Shown here one piece after another: positions 30,918-40,697 of a stretch of DNA of 64,000 bases. The translations under genes were made by a program, and so were the position numbers. Under the pieces are notes generated by a model, which ran no database searches, had not been told where the DNA came from, and saw only the letters and a list, made by a program, of their open reading frames with translations. Numbering within the stretch: position 1 is the stretch's first letter; every line of letters starts with the position of its first letter. The DNA is from Vicinamibacterales bacterium (GTDB lineage Bacteria; Acidobacteriota; Vicinamibacteria; Vicinamibacterales; SCN-69-37), in NCBI GenBank assembly GCA_036675475.1, contig JAKFEY010000002.1, positions 4,459-68,458 on the forward strand. Direction: 5' to 3'.

Positions 30918-32144
30918 ATGTCTCTGCTGTCGCAGGCCGTATCGAAAGTCCGGGAAGGCGCGCGCATCGACGCCGCCGAGGCGCGCGCGCTGATGCACGA
31001 GGCGCCGCTGCCGCTGCTCGGCGAGCTGGCCAACGCCATCCGCCTGCGCAAGCACCCCGAGCCGGTCGTCACCTACATCATCGACCGCAACGTCAACTAC
31101 ACGAACGTCTGCGTGGCGCGCTGCAACTTCTGCGCGTTCTACCGCACGGTCGGCTCGAGCGACGGCTACGTGCTCGGGTCCGACGAGATTCACCGCAAGA
31201 TCGAAGAGACCATCGAGCTCGGCGGCGGCCAGCTGCTGCTGCAGGGTGGGCACAATCCCGACGTGCCGCTCGAGTGGTACGAGGACCTGTTCCGCAGCGT
31301 GAAGCAGCGCTGGCCGTCGTTCCGCCTGCACGCGCTCTCGCCGCCTGAAGTGCTGCACATCTCGCGGTTGTCGAAGCTGCCGGTGCCGGCGGTGATCGCG
31401 CGCCTCATCGCGGCCGGCCTCGACAGCATTCCCGGCGGCGGCGCCGAAATTCTCGTCGACCGCTGCCGCAAGCTGATGAACTGCTACTCGAAGGCCACGG
31501 CCGACGAGTGGATCAGCACCATGCGCCACGCGCATCTCGCCGGCCTGCGGACGACCGCCACGATGATGTACGGCAGCGTCGAGACGCTGGACGAGCGCAT
31601 CGAGCACATGATGCGCCTGCGCGCGCTGCAGGACGAGACCGGCGGCTTCACGGCCTTCATCACGTGGAGCTTCCAGCCGCCGAACACCGAGCTCGGCGCG
31701 AACGAGGCCACAAGCGTCGAGGCCACCGGCCTCGACTACCTGCGCACGCTCGCCGTCGCGCGCCTTGTGCTCGACAACTTCGAGAACCTGCAGTCCTCGT
31801 GGGTCACCCAGGGCGGCAAGGTGGGGCAGCTCAGCCTGTTCTACGGCGCGAACGACATGGGCAGCGTCATGATCGAAGAGAACGTCGTGCGCGCGGCCGG
31901 CGCGTCGTACTGCATGGACGAAGTCGAGATCGTGCGCAACGTCGAGAACGCGGGCTTCACCGCGAAGCGCCGCAACATGCACTACGACATCCTGGGCGAT
32001 CCGATCTTCCGCGAGCGCGCCGTGCCGCGCATGCTGGAGCTGGCCGTCGCGCGCGCCGACGGGGCAGGCGGCGAGGCCGACGAGATGAAGCAGTACCAGG
32101 CCCGCACGCCGGCGGCGAAGCAGCAGCGCGACCAGCGGCCCTGA
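30918..32144 (+). CDS. mqnC: Cyclic dehypoxanthinyl futalosine synthase MqnC
   Basis: DRNVNYTNVCVARCNFCAF, LLQGG, PGGGAEIL, FI.W.FQ, QSSWVTQG, GS.MIEENVV. Confidence 0.92.
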   Translation: MSLLSQAVSKVREGARIDAAEARALMHEAPLPLLGELANAIRLRKHPEPVVTYIIDRNVNYTNVCVARCNFCAFYRTVGSSDGYVLGSDEIHRKIEETIELGGGQLLLQGGHNPDVPLEWYEDLFRSVKQRWPSFRLHALSPPEVLHISRLSKLPVPAVIARLIAAGLDSIPGGGAEILVDRCRKLMNCYSKATADEWISTMRHAHLAGLRTTATMMYGSVETLDERIEHMMRLRALQDETGGFTAFITWSFQPPNTELGANEATSVEATGLDYLRTLAVARLVLDNFENLQSSWVTQGGKVGQLSLFYGANDMGSVMIEENVVRAAGASYCMDEVEIVRNVENAGFTAKRRNMHYDILGDPIFRERAVPRMLELAVARADGAGGEADEMKQYQARTPAAKQQRDQRP

Positions 32145-32166
32145 AGGTTGACGGCAGGGCCGGCTG

Positions 32167-32185
32167 TGTACAAGAATGTTGTACA
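32167..32185. promoter_or_regulatory. Palindromic operator upstream of the TA pair
   Basis: TGTACAA-N5-TTGTACA, downstream of TTGACG (32148). Confidence 0.65.
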
Positions 32186-32201
32186 TAGGCAGGTGACGGC
32201 C

Positions 32202-32561
32202 ATGGCCAGGCGGGTCAAAGTTCCCATCTCCACCGCGCGGGCGAAACTCTTCCAGCTCACCGATCTCGTGCGCGCCGGCGACGACACCGTGGTCGTGCTC
32301 GAGCAGCGGGGCGGCAAAGACAACGTGGCGCTCGTGCGCGAAGCGCGGCTGGCCTATCTCGAGGCCCGGACGGCCGAGGCCGAGAAGCGCGAGCAGAAGC
32401 CGGCGAAGCCGTGGCGGCTGGCGGGAAGCCTGAAGCTGCTCGTGTCGCCGGAGGAGCTCGAGGCCTCGCTCAAGGCAAGCAGGCGTGAGTGGGACAGGCC
32501 CTTGAAGGAGCTGGATGACGCCGGCGATCCGGACAAACGCCGTGGCGCTCGCCGTCGCTGA
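32202..32561 (+). CDS. Antitoxin, Phd/YefM-like
   Basis: VPISTARAKLFQL.D.V...D.VV N-terminus; upstream of and overlapping the PIN toxin. Confidence 0.7.
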   Translation: MARRVKVPISTARAKLFQLTDLVRAGDDTVVVLEQRGGKDNVALVREARLAYLEARTAEAEKREQKPAKPWRLAGSLKLLVSPEELEASLKASRREWDRPLKELDDAGDPDKRRGARRR

Positions 32562-32943
32562 TACGCACGCGCTCATCTGGTTCGCGATCGGGCCGCAGCG
32601 CAAACTCGGCCGGCGCGCGCGGGAGTTCTTTGGTCGGGTGGAGAAGGGCGCCGCGGCCGTCTACATCTCGACCATGGTGCTGGTCGAAGTGTCGCGAGAG
32701 TTCCGGCACGGGACGCTCACCACGCCCGGAGGCTTTTCGCAGTGGGTCTCCCAGCTGCTTGCGCAACCGGGCTACATCGCGACTGATCTCACTGTGGATA
32801 TCGTTCTCGCCGGCGAGGCTCTACACGCGATTCCCGAGCGCAGCGACCGCCTCATCGCGGCCACGGCCGCGCATCTCGACTGCCCCCTCATCACACGGGA
32901 TCCGAGGCTCGCGCGCGTGGCCGGCCTCGAGACCATCTGGTGA
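32542..32943 (+). CDS. vapC: VapC-family PIN-domain toxin
   Basis: DTHALIW, S...L.E, DRLIAATA, LITRD. Confidence 0.85.
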   Translation: MALAVADTHALIWFAIGPQRKLGRRAREFFGRVEKGAAAVYISTMVLVEVSREFRHGTLTTPGGFSQWVSQLLAQPGYIATDLTVDIVLAGEALHAIPERSDRLIAATAAHLDCPLITRDPRLARVAGLETIW

Positions 32944-34130
32944 TGGCCACCTTCCGCGCGCGATGGGTGCTGCCCATCGACGGGCCGCCTCTCGAAAATG
33001 CCTGGGTCCGTATCGATGGCGGCATGATCCGCGCGGTCGGCCGCGGACGTCCCGCCGAAAGCCACGAGGATCTGGGCGACACCGCGATCCTACCCGGCGT
33101 GATCAACGCGCACACGCATCTCGAGCTGTCGTGGATGAAGGGGCGCAATCCGCCGTCGGACTCGATGAACGCGTGGATACGCCGCCTGATGTCTCTGCGC
33201 AAACAGGAGCCCCCGCCGGCGGACGAACAGGCGGCGCGCGCCGATGCAGCGCTGACCGAGGCGCGCGGCCTCGGCACCCTGGCGTTCGGCGACATCAGCA
33301 ACACGCTGGTGTCGGCGCGGGTGTTCGCGCGGCAGGACGTGCCGGCGGTGCTCTTTCACGAGTTGCTCGGATTCGCGCCTCACGATTACGACGCGCGAGC
33401 GCGCGACGGCGCAAACGCGGTGCAGGACGCCGTGACGGGGCAGACGCGCGCGGGCATCGCGCCGCACGCGCCCTACTCAACGGCCCCCGAGTTGTTTCAG
33501 GCGATCGCGCGCGAAGCCGCCACGCGCCACATGCCGATGTCGGTCCACCTGGGCGAATCCCCAGAGGAGATCGAATTCCTGATGACCGGGGCCGGTCCCC
33601 TCGCCGAGATGCTGAAGACGTTGGGCGTGTGGCGCGACGACTGGAAGGCGCCGGGATGCGATCCTGTCACGTATCTCGATCGCCTCGGCGTGCTGACGCC
33701 CGGCCTGCTTGCCGTGCATGCGACGCAGCTCAAGCCCGATGCGCTGGCGATCCTTGCCGCGCGCAAGTGCGTCATCGTCAGCTGCCCGGGCGCGAACTGG
33801 TGGATTGGCAACGGTCCCCCGCCGATTGACGACTTCTACGCCTCGGGATGCACCGTTGCGTTCGGTACCGACAGCCTGGCCAGCGCCGACGCGCTCGACA
33901 TGTTCGCCGAACTCGCGCTGGCGCGGGCCATTTCCACGGTGCCCCACGCGCGCCTGCTGGAAAGCGCCACGCGCGGGGGAGCGGTGGCGCTCGGGCTCGA
34001 CGAGTCCTACGGCCGCATCGCGCCCGGCTTGCGAGGCCCGCTGCTGGCCGTTCGTGTGCCGGCCCGCATCACCGATGTGGAAGAATATCTGGTGAGTGAA
34101 ACGCCGAGAGTCATGCAATGGGTAGGCTAG
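32940..34130 (+). CDS. Amidohydrolase; likely aminofutalosine deaminase
   Basis: PG.INAHTHLELS, PHAPYS, HLGES.EE, GTDSLAS; mqn context. Confidence 0.8.
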   Translation: MMATFRARWVLPIDGPPLENAWVRIDGGMIRAVGRGRPAESHEDLGDTAILPGVINAHTHLELSWMKGRNPPSDSMNAWIRRLMSLRKQEPPPADEQAARADAALTEARGLGTLAFGDISNTLVSARVFARQDVPAVLFHELLGFAPHDYDARARDGANAVQDAVTGQTRAGIAPHAPYSTAPELFQAIAREAATRHMPMSVHLGESPEEIEFLMTGAGPLAEMLKTLGVWRDDWKAPGCDPVTYLDRLGVLTPGLLAVHATQLKPDALAILAARKCVIVSCPGANWWIGNGPPPIDDFYASGCTVAFGTDSLASADALDMFAELALARAISTVPHARLLESATRGGAVALGLDESYGRIAPGLRGPLLAVRVPARITDVEEYLVSETPRVMQWVG

Positions 34131-34975
34131 CCACCTACGCCTCGTTCGTGCGCATCAGCCACACCATCTTCGCGCTGCCGTTCGCGCTGGTCGGTGCCGT
34201 GCTGGCTGCGCGCGAGGCGCCGCTCACGTGGACGCGCGTGGCGTGGATCATCGGCGCGATGATCACGGCGCGCAGCGCCGCCATGGGTTTCAACCGCCTG
34301 GCCGACGCGCGCCACGACGCGCTCAACCCGCGCACCGCGATGCGCGAGCTGCCGCGCGGCGCCATGACCCGCACCGAAGCCGCGCTCTTCGTGGCCGTGG
34401 CCAGCGCGCTGTTCATCGTCTGCGCCTGGCAGCTGGGGCCCGTGACCTTCGCCTTGTCGCCGGTCGCGCTCGCGATCGTCTTCTGGTATTCGCTGGCCAA
34501 ACGCGTCACCAGTTACACGCAGTTTTTCCTCGGCCTCGCCATGGCCGTTGCGCCGGTGGGCGGCTGGCTCGCCGCCGGCGGGCCGTTCTTCGCGGCCGAA
34601 CCGTGGCTGCTCGCCGTCGCCATCGGCACCTGGGTGGGCGGCTTCGACATCCTCTATGCCTGTCAGGATCTGGCCTTCGACCGCGCGAACGGCCTGCACT
34701 CGATTCCGGTGCGCTTCGGCGTGCGCGCCTCGCTGCTGATTTCGCGCGCGTGCCACGTGGTGACGGTGGCCGCGTTGATCGCGATTGGCATCGCGGCCGC
34801 GCTCGGCCCGATCTATCTCGCGGGGGCCGCCGGCGTCGCGCTGCTGCTCGTCTACGAGCAGTCGCTCGTGCGCGAGCACGACCTGTCGCAGGTCAAGCGC
34901 GCCTTCGACATGAACGGCTACGTGGGCATTCTCTACATGGCAACGACCATGGTGGCGGTGTATGTCGCACGCTGA
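34118..34975 (+). CDS. UbiA-family prenyltransferase (MqnP-like)
   Basis: HTIFALPFA, ARSAAMGFNRL.D...D..NPRT..R, GFDILYACQD..FD. Confidence 0.9.
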   Translation: MGRLATYASFVRISHTIFALPFALVGAVLAAREAPLTWTRVAWIIGAMITARSAAMGFNRLADARHDALNPRTAMRELPRGAMTRTEAALFVAVASALFIVCAWQLGPVTFALSPVALAIVFWYSLAKRVTSYTQFFLGLAMAVAPVGGWLAAGGPFFAAEPWLLAVAIGTWVGGFDILYACQDLAFDRANGLHSIPVRFGVRASLLISRACHVVTVAALIAIGIAAALGPIYLAGAAGVALLLVYEQSLVREHDLSQVKRAFDMNGYVGILYMATTMVAVYVAR

Positions 34976-35618
34976 TCCGGCACTCGTGAATCGGCCACGG
35001 CAAATCACGATCGGCGTGACGGGCGCCAGCGGCGCGGCGTACGCGACGCGCACGATCGCGGCGCTGCTCGAGCAGGGGATCACGCTGGAGCTGGTTTTCA
35101 GCGACTTCGGCCGGCGCCTGCTGAAGGACGAACTTGGCGCGTCTGCCTCGGTGGATCGCCTGGGCGACTTCCTGCGCGACAAGTACGGCGACGGCGTGAA
35201 GAACGGCACGTTCGTCGTGCACAGCAATCGCGACCTGGGCGCCACCATCGCGAGCGGCAGCCACCGGTCGAGCGGCATGGTGGTGGTGCCGTGCTCGATG
35301 AAGACGCTGGCCGGCATCGCGCACGGCCTGTCGCGCAATCTCGTCGAGCGGGCCGCCGACGTCATGCTCAAGGAAAAGCGGCCGCTGGTCATCGTGCCGC
35401 GCGAAACGCCGATGAGTCTGCCGCAGTTGAAGAACATGGTGCTGGCCGCCGAAGCCGGCGCGCACATGCTGCCGGCCATGCCGGCGTTCTACCAGATGCC
35501 GAAGACGCTCGACGACCTCGCCGACTTCCTGGCGGGCAAGATTCTGGCGGCGCTCGGCATCGAACATTCGTTGTATCCAGAGTGGCAACCGAACAACCCG
35601 CCGGCCAATCCGAACTAG
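34962..35618 (+). CDS. ubiX: Flavin prenyltransferase UbiX
   Basis: TGASGA.Y, ASGS, PCSMKTL, RAADV.LKE.R.L..VPRETP, P.FY. Confidence 0.93.
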   Translation: MSHADPALVNRPRQITIGVTGASGAAYATRTIAALLEQGITLELVFSDFGRRLLKDELGASASVDRLGDFLRDKYGDGVKNGTFVVHSNRDLGATIASGSHRSSGMVVVPCSMKTLAGIAHGLSRNLVERAADVMLKEKRPLVIVPRETPMSLPQLKNMVLAAEAGAHMLPAMPAFYQMPKTLDDLADFLAGKILAALGIEHSLYPEWQPNNPPANPN

Positions 35619-36331
35619 AGCCGCTGCTCGCGAAGCCGGGAGCCGACATCGCCGGGATGTTCGATTCCATCGCGCGGCGGTACGACACGCTCAACCATCT
35701 GCTGAGCGCCGGCCTCGATCGGCGCTGGCGCGCGCGGGCCGTGCGCGAGCTGCATCTCACGGGACGCGAGCGCGCGCTCGACGTGTGCACCGGCACCGGC
35801 GATCTGGGCTTCGCGCTGCTCGGGGCGAAAGGGCAGGGCGCCAGGGAAGTGCTCGGCGTCGACTTCGCGCACGAGATGTTGAAGATTGGCGTCGCGAAGG
35901 TGCGCGCGTCGGCGTTTGCCGGCCGCTTCCAGATCGCGCGCGGCGATGCCATGAACATGCCGGTGCCCGGCGCCGCCTTCGACGCCGCCACCATCGGCTT
36001 CGGCATCCGCAACGTCGAGCGGCCCGATGCCGCGCTTCGCGAAATCGCGCGCGCGCTGAAGCCGGGCGGCCGCCTTGCGATCCTCGAGTTCGGCTTCCCG
36101 CGCATCCCCGGCATCCGCGCCGCGTACAAGTGGTACTTCCGCGCCGTCCTGCCGCGCGTCGGCCGCGCCATCTCGAAGCACGGCAAGGCCTATTCCTATC
36201 TGCCCGCCTCGGTCGAACGCTTCCCGACGCCGGAAGCCTTCGCCGACGAACTCCGCAAAGCCGGCTTCCGCCAGGTGCGAACCGTCCCTCTGGCGCTCGG
36301 CATCGTCTATCTGTATATCGCTGAGCTGTGA
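35582..36331 (+). CDS. menG: Demethylmenaquinone methyltransferase MenG/UbiE; start approximate
   Basis: MFDSIA.RYD.LN.LLS.G.D..WR, LDVCTGTGD, FGIRNV, LKPGG, Y.YLP.SV. Confidence 0.9.
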   Translation: MATEQPAGQSELEPLLAKPGADIAGMFDSIARRYDTLNHLLSAGLDRRWRARAVRELHLTGRERALDVCTGTGDLGFALLGAKGQGAREVLGVDFAHEMLKIGVAKVRASAFAGRFQIARGDAMNMPVPGAAFDAATIGFGIRNVERPDAALREIARALKPGGRLAILEFGFPRIPGIRAAYKWYFRAVLPRVGRAISKHGKAYSYLPASVERFPTPEAFADELRKAGFRQVRTVPLALGIVYLYIAEL

Positions 36332-36333
36332 CC

Positions 36334-36404
36334 GGTTGCTGGTAGCTGGTTGCTGGTTCTTGGTGCGTGACGGACCAGCCACCAGCAACCAACAACCAGC
36401 AACC
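36334..36404. repeat. Inverted heptamer hairpin (GGTTGCT x4 / AGCAACC x4)
   Basis: Arms read directly. Confidence 0.9.
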
Positions 36405-36424
36405 TGTTAGACTCGTACAACCCC

Positions 36425-37345
36425 TTGTCCTTCTTTGATTTCGACGGCCGCTTCGATGAGTCAGGCGGCGTCGGGAGCGCGATCTCCCGCCGCGAGGCTG
36501 TCCTTGTGTCGCTGCTCGCGCATGCGATCTTCGTCATCGTGATGCTGCTGACGCCGGATGCGCCGTGGCTGGTGGCGCAGGCGGACGTCATTCCCGTGAT
36601 GCCTGCGCAGGATCAGCAGTCGCTGCCGTTCATGCTCGTGGAATCGGCCGCGAAGCCCACCGCGCCGCCCGAGCGTCCGCGCGTGGCCTCGGATCTCGAT
36701 CGCCGCGCGGCCTCGGCCGAGCGCGCGCCGCAGCCGTCGAACGACATGCCGTTCTCGCGCGGCAACAGCGCCGACATGCTCGACGGCGCGCCCGCGAAGC
36801 CCGCGCGCGGGCCCGTCACGCCGGCGCCGCCATCGCCCACGCCGCCCGCGCCGCCGCTGTCGACGTCACCCGGCATGACCGCGCCCGTCCGCAGGCCGGC
36901 TGAAACCACGCCGGCGTCGGGCGGCCTCGGCGAATCGCTGCGCAACATCGATCAGCTGATCAAGCGCGAGCGCTTCGACAACCCCACCGGCGGGCCCAAC
37001 ATCAACGACGCCACCATCAGCTTCGACAGCAAGGGCGTGGATTTCGGGCCGTGGCTCACGCGCTTTGTCGCGCAGGTCAAGCGCAACTGGCTCATCCCGT
37101 ACGCGGCGATGACGATGCACGGGCGGGTGGTGGTGACGTTTTACGTGCACCGCGACGGGCGCATCAGCGAGCTGACGGTGATCAAGCCGTCGAGCATCAA
37201 CGCCTTCAACACCGCCGCGTTCCAGGCGCTCGTGCAGTCGAACCCCACGCTGCGGCTGCCGCCGGAATATCCGGACGACAAGGTGCTGTTTACCGTCACG
37301 TTCTTCTATAACGAGCGGCCGGGCGGCGGACGTGACGAGTTGTGA
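36425..37345 (+). CDS. TonB/TolA-like energy transducer
   Basis: S...H TM anchor, Pro-rich linker, TonB_C-like end (VKRNW, G.V.V.F....DG.I, SS...F..AA). Confidence 0.82.
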   Translation: MSFFDFDGRFDESGGVGSAISRREAVLVSLLAHAIFVIVMLLTPDAPWLVAQADVIPVMPAQDQQSLPFMLVESAAKPTAPPERPRVASDLDRRAASAERAPQPSNDMPFSRGNSADMLDGAPAKPARGPVTPAPPSPTPPAPPLSTSPGMTAPVRRPAETTPASGGLGESLRNIDQLIKRERFDNPTGGPNINDATISFDSKGVDFGPWLTRFVAQVKRNWLIPYAAMTMHGRVVVTFYVHRDGRISELTVIKPSSINAFNTAAFQALVQSNPTLRLPPEYPDDKVLFTVTFFYNERPGGGRDEL

Positions 37346-37365
37346 TCTGTTGATCTGGTGAGGGT

Positions 37366-37449
37366 ATGTTCACGCGTGCGCAGCAGCGCGGCCTGTTCCT
37401 GCTGGCGACCCTCGTGCTCGTCGTCACGCTGGTGCGCCTGTTCGGATAG
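37366..37449 (+). CDS. 27-aa single-TM small protein (absent from the supplied ORF track)
   Basis: MFTRAQQRGLFLLATLVLVVTLVRLFG; host-like codons; fills the tonB-miaA gap. Confidence 0.5.
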   Translation: MFTRAQQRGLFLLATLVLVVTLVRLFG

Positions 37450-37458
37450 CGGCGCGCG

Positions 37459-38391
37459 ATGAAGTCCTTTCTCGCGGTGCTCGGCCCGACGGCGTCGGGA
37501 AAAAGCGCGCTGGGCATCGCGCTGGCGGCGCGGCTGGGCGGCGAAATCGTCAACTGCGACTCGACGGCCGTGTACCGGGGCCTCGACATCGGCACCGACA
37601 AAGTGCTGCCCGCCGAACAGCAGGGCATCCCCCACCATCTGATCGACGTCGTCGAACCCACCGACACGTATACGGCGGCGCGCTTTGCGGGCGACGCCGC
37701 GCGCGTGATTCGCGACATCGAGGCCCGCGGCCGCGTGCCGATCGTGGTGGGCGGCACCGGTTTTTACTACCGCGCGCTGACGCGCGGCCTGTTTCCCGGA
37801 CCGGCGCGGGACACCGCCGTGCGCGACCGCCTTCACCGGATTGCCGAGGCGCGCGGCCCGGAGCGGTTGCACCGCTGGCTCGCGCGCGTGGATCCGGCCT
37901 CCGCGGCGCGCATCCAGCCGCGCGACGCCAAGCGCATGGTGCGTGCCCTCGAGGTTTATCTGCTCACCGGCCGCCCGCTGACCGCGCACTTCGACGCCAC
38001 CGAAAGGCCGCTGCCCGAGTTCGAGCCGATCGCCTTCGGGCTGGAGCCGACCCGCGCGCTCATCGCCGAGCGCGTGGCGCGGCGTGTGGAGCAGCAATTC
38101 GCTCGCGGCATCGTGCAGGAGATCGAACGGCTGCTGGCCGCGGGCGTGCCGCGCACGGCGCACGCCTTCAGCGGCCTCGTGTACCGGCAGGTGATGGAGA
38201 TGCTCGCGGGCGTGCGCGGCGAGACGGAAACGAAGGCGCTCATCGTGCAGGAGAACCTGCGCTATGCGCGGCGGCAGTTGATCTGGTTCCGTAAAGAGCC
38301 TAACCTGAAGTGGATTCCGGCACCCGGCGAGCGCGACGACACGCTGCAGACCGTTCTCGCAGATATCGCCGTGCGAACCAGCCGCCCCTGA
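37459..38391 (+). CDS. miaA: tRNA dimethylallyltransferase
   Basis: GPTASGKS, DS..VYRGLDIGT.K, VGGTGFY, YARRQ..WFR. Confidence 0.95.
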   Translation: MKSFLAVLGPTASGKSALGIALAARLGGEIVNCDSTAVYRGLDIGTDKVLPAEQQGIPHHLIDVVEPTDTYTAARFAGDAARVIRDIEARGRVPIVVGGTGFYYRALTRGLFPGPARDTAVRDRLHRIAEARGPERLHRWLARVDPASAARIQPRDAKRMVRALEVYLLTGRPLTAHFDATERPLPEFEPIAFGLEPTRALIAERVARRVEQQFARGIVQEIERLLAAGVPRTAHAFSGLVYRQVMEMLAGVRGETETKALIVQENLRYARRQLIWFRKEPNLKWIPAPGERDDTLQTVLADIAVRTSRP

Positions 38392-39569
38392 TGGCACCGT
38401 CACCCTTCTCACGCGTCATTCTCATCGTCATGGACAGCGTCGGCATCGGCGAGCTTCCGGATGCGCGCACGTATGGCGACGAGGGCAGCAACACCGTCGG
38501 CAACATCGCGCGGGTGCGGCCGCTCAACGTGCCGACGCTGCGGTCGTTCGGGCTGGGACGTCTCGTCACGCTCGACGATCGCGAGCCGCCCGCCATCGCC
38601 GCGTCGTACGGGCGCATGGCGGAACGGTCGCCCGGCAAGGATTCCGTGACGGGGCACTGGGAGATGGCGGGGCTGGTGCTCGACAAGCCGTTTCCCACGT
38701 TTCCCAACGGGTTCCCGCGCGAGCTGCTCGACGCCTTCGAGGCGCGCGTCGGCAGAAAGGTGCTCGCCAACAAGGCCGCGTCGGGCACCGAGATCATCGA
38801 GGAGCTGGGCGCCGAGCACGTCGCGAGCGGCCGTCCGATTGTCTACACATCGGCCGACAGCGTGTTTCAGATCGCCGCGCACGAAGACGTCGTGCCGATT
38901 GCGCAGCTGTATGAGTGGTGCGAGGTCGCGTACGAGCTGGCCGGTAAGGGTATGGGCATCGGCCGCGTCATCGCGCGCCCATTCAAGGGCGGGCCCGGCG
39001 CGTGGGTGCGCACGTCGAACCGCAGGGACTACGCGCTGACGCCGCATGCGCCGACGCTGCTCGACCGGCTGCACGACGCCGGCGTACCGGTAATGGCGAT
39101 CGGCAAGATTCAGGATCTGTTCGCGGGCCGCGGCGTCTGGGGCGCCGTGCACACGTCATCCGATCAGGAAGGCATGGATGCCGTCGAGCACGAGGCCGGC
39201 ACGCTCGATCGCGGCCTGATCTTCGTGAACCTCGTCGACTTCGACACGCTCTACGGCCACCGCAACGACGTGGAGGGCTACGCCGCGAATCTCGAGCGCT
39301 TCGACGCGCGCCTCACGCGGCTGCTGCCGCTGCTGCACGGCGACGACCTTCTCCTGGTCACCGCCGATCACGGCAACGACCCGACGACGCCGGGCACCGA
39401 TCACTCGCGGGAGTATGTGCCGGTGTTCGCGTGGGGCGAGCATGTGAAGCGCGGCGAAGATCTCGGCACGCGCGCCACCTTCGCGGATCTCGGCCAGACC
39501 ATTGCCGACGTCTTCGGCGTGGGCCCGCTCGATCACGGCACCAGCTTCCTCAGGCAGATCATCCAGTGA
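38391..39569 (+). CDS. deoB: Phosphopentomutase
   Basis: DSVGIG..PDA..YGD.G, GKDS.TGHWE, YTSADSVFQIAAHE, NLVDFD..YGHR, TADHGNDP. Confidence 0.95.
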   Translation: MAPSPFSRVILIVMDSVGIGELPDARTYGDEGSNTVGNIARVRPLNVPTLRSFGLGRLVTLDDREPPAIAASYGRMAERSPGKDSVTGHWEMAGLVLDKPFPTFPNGFPRELLDAFEARVGRKVLANKAASGTEIIEELGAEHVASGRPIVYTSADSVFQIAAHEDVVPIAQLYEWCEVAYELAGKGMGIGRVIARPFKGGPGAWVRTSNRRDYALTPHAPTLLDRLHDAGVPVMAIGKIQDLFAGRGVWGAVHTSSDQEGMDAVEHEAGTLDRGLIFVNLVDFDTLYGHRNDVEGYAANLERFDARLTRLLPLLHGDDLLLVTADHGNDPTTPGTDHSREYVPVFAWGEHVKRGEDLGTRATFADLGQTIADVFGVGPLDHGTSFLRQIIQ

Positions 39570-40603
39570 GCCATTCCATCCGCGAACAACTCGAAGCGCG
39601 CGAGCGCGAGGCCCTGGCGCCGCAGGCCGCGCAGAGCGCGTCCACGCGCGGCCGCCTTCGCCCGGAGCCGCAGGATCCGATTCGCCCCGCGTTTCAGCGC
39701 GATCGGGATCGCATCATCCACACGAAAGCCTTTCGGCGGCTCAAGCACAAGACGCAGGTCTTCTTCGCGCCGGCCGGCGATCATTACCGCACGCGGCTCA
39801 CGCACACGCTCGAGGTGTCGCAGATCGCGCGCAGCATCGCGAAGGTGCTGCGGCTGCACGAGGAGCTGACCGAAGCCATCGCGCTCGGCCACGATGTGGG
39901 GCACACCCCGTTCGGCCATGCGGGCGAGCGCGTGCTCGACGAGCTCGTGCCGGGCGGCTTTTCCCATCACGCGCAGAGCCTGCGCATCGTCGACGTGCTC
40001 GAAAACGATCGCCAGGGCCTGAACCTCACGTTCGAGGTGCGCGACGGCATTGCGCGCCATTCGAAGGGCAAGCACGGCCTGCCGGTGGGCGCGCCGCCGG
40101 AGCATCGCGCCAGCACGGTCGAAGGGCAGGTCGCGCGCGTGGCCGACATCATTGCCTACGTCAATCACGACATTGACGATGCCGTGCGGGCGGGGGTGCT
40201 GCAGACGTCGGATCTGCCGGCGGCGGCCGTGCAGGTGCTGGGCGCCTCGTCGGCTGAGCGCATCGGCCGCATGGTCACCGACGTGGTGATGCGGACGCTC
40301 GAGGGCGGGCTCACCGAAATCCGCATGAGCGACGAAATTCTCGAGGCGACGCTCGCCATGCGCGAGTTCCTGTTCGGGGCCGTGTATGAAAACGACGCCG
40401 CCACCGCCGAATTCGCCAAAGCCGCCGGCATTCTCGGCGGCATCTGGGAACGGGTCAGGCAGCGGCCGGAGCAATTCCTGGACCTCCGGACGGTCGAGGC
40501 GGAAGGCCTGGACACGGCCGCCCAGGACTTCGTGGCCGGCATGACCGACCGCTATGCCGTGAGCCTCTACGAGGAGCTGTTCATCCCGAAGCCCTGGGCG
40601 TGA
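39566..40603 (+). CDS. dgt: Deoxyguanosinetriphosphate triphosphohydrolase
   Basis: FQRDRDRI.H..AFRRLKHKTQVF, RTRLTHTLEV, HD.GH.PFGH.GE, AGMTD. Confidence 0.93.
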   Translation: MSHSIREQLEAREREALAPQAAQSASTRGRLRPEPQDPIRPAFQRDRDRIIHTKAFRRLKHKTQVFFAPAGDHYRTRLTHTLEVSQIARSIAKVLRLHEELTEAIALGHDVGHTPFGHAGERVLDELVPGGFSHHAQSLRIVDVLENDRQGLNLTFEVRDGIARHSKGKHGLPVGAPPEHRASTVEGQVARVADIIAYVNHDIDDAVRAGVLQTSDLPAAAVQVLGASSAERIGRMVTDVVMRTLEGGLTEIRMSDEILEATLAMREFLFGAVYENDAATAEFAKAAGILGGIWERVRQRPEQFLDLRTVEAEGLDTAAQDFVAGMTDRYAVSLYEELFIPKPWA

Positions 40604-40606
40604 TCG

Positions 40607-40655
40607 GAACCTGCCGAACCCGTCGAACCTGAGAACCCCGGAACCCCGGAACCCG
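40607..40655. repeat. GAACC-core 8/9-nt tandem array x6
   Basis: gaacctgcc gaacccgtc gaacctga gaaccccg gaaccccg gaacccg, followed directly by TATAAT. Confidence 0.8.
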
Positions 40656-40697
40656 TTATAATGTCCTCTTGGCCCGGGCTCTGCAGGGGCCAGCAGT

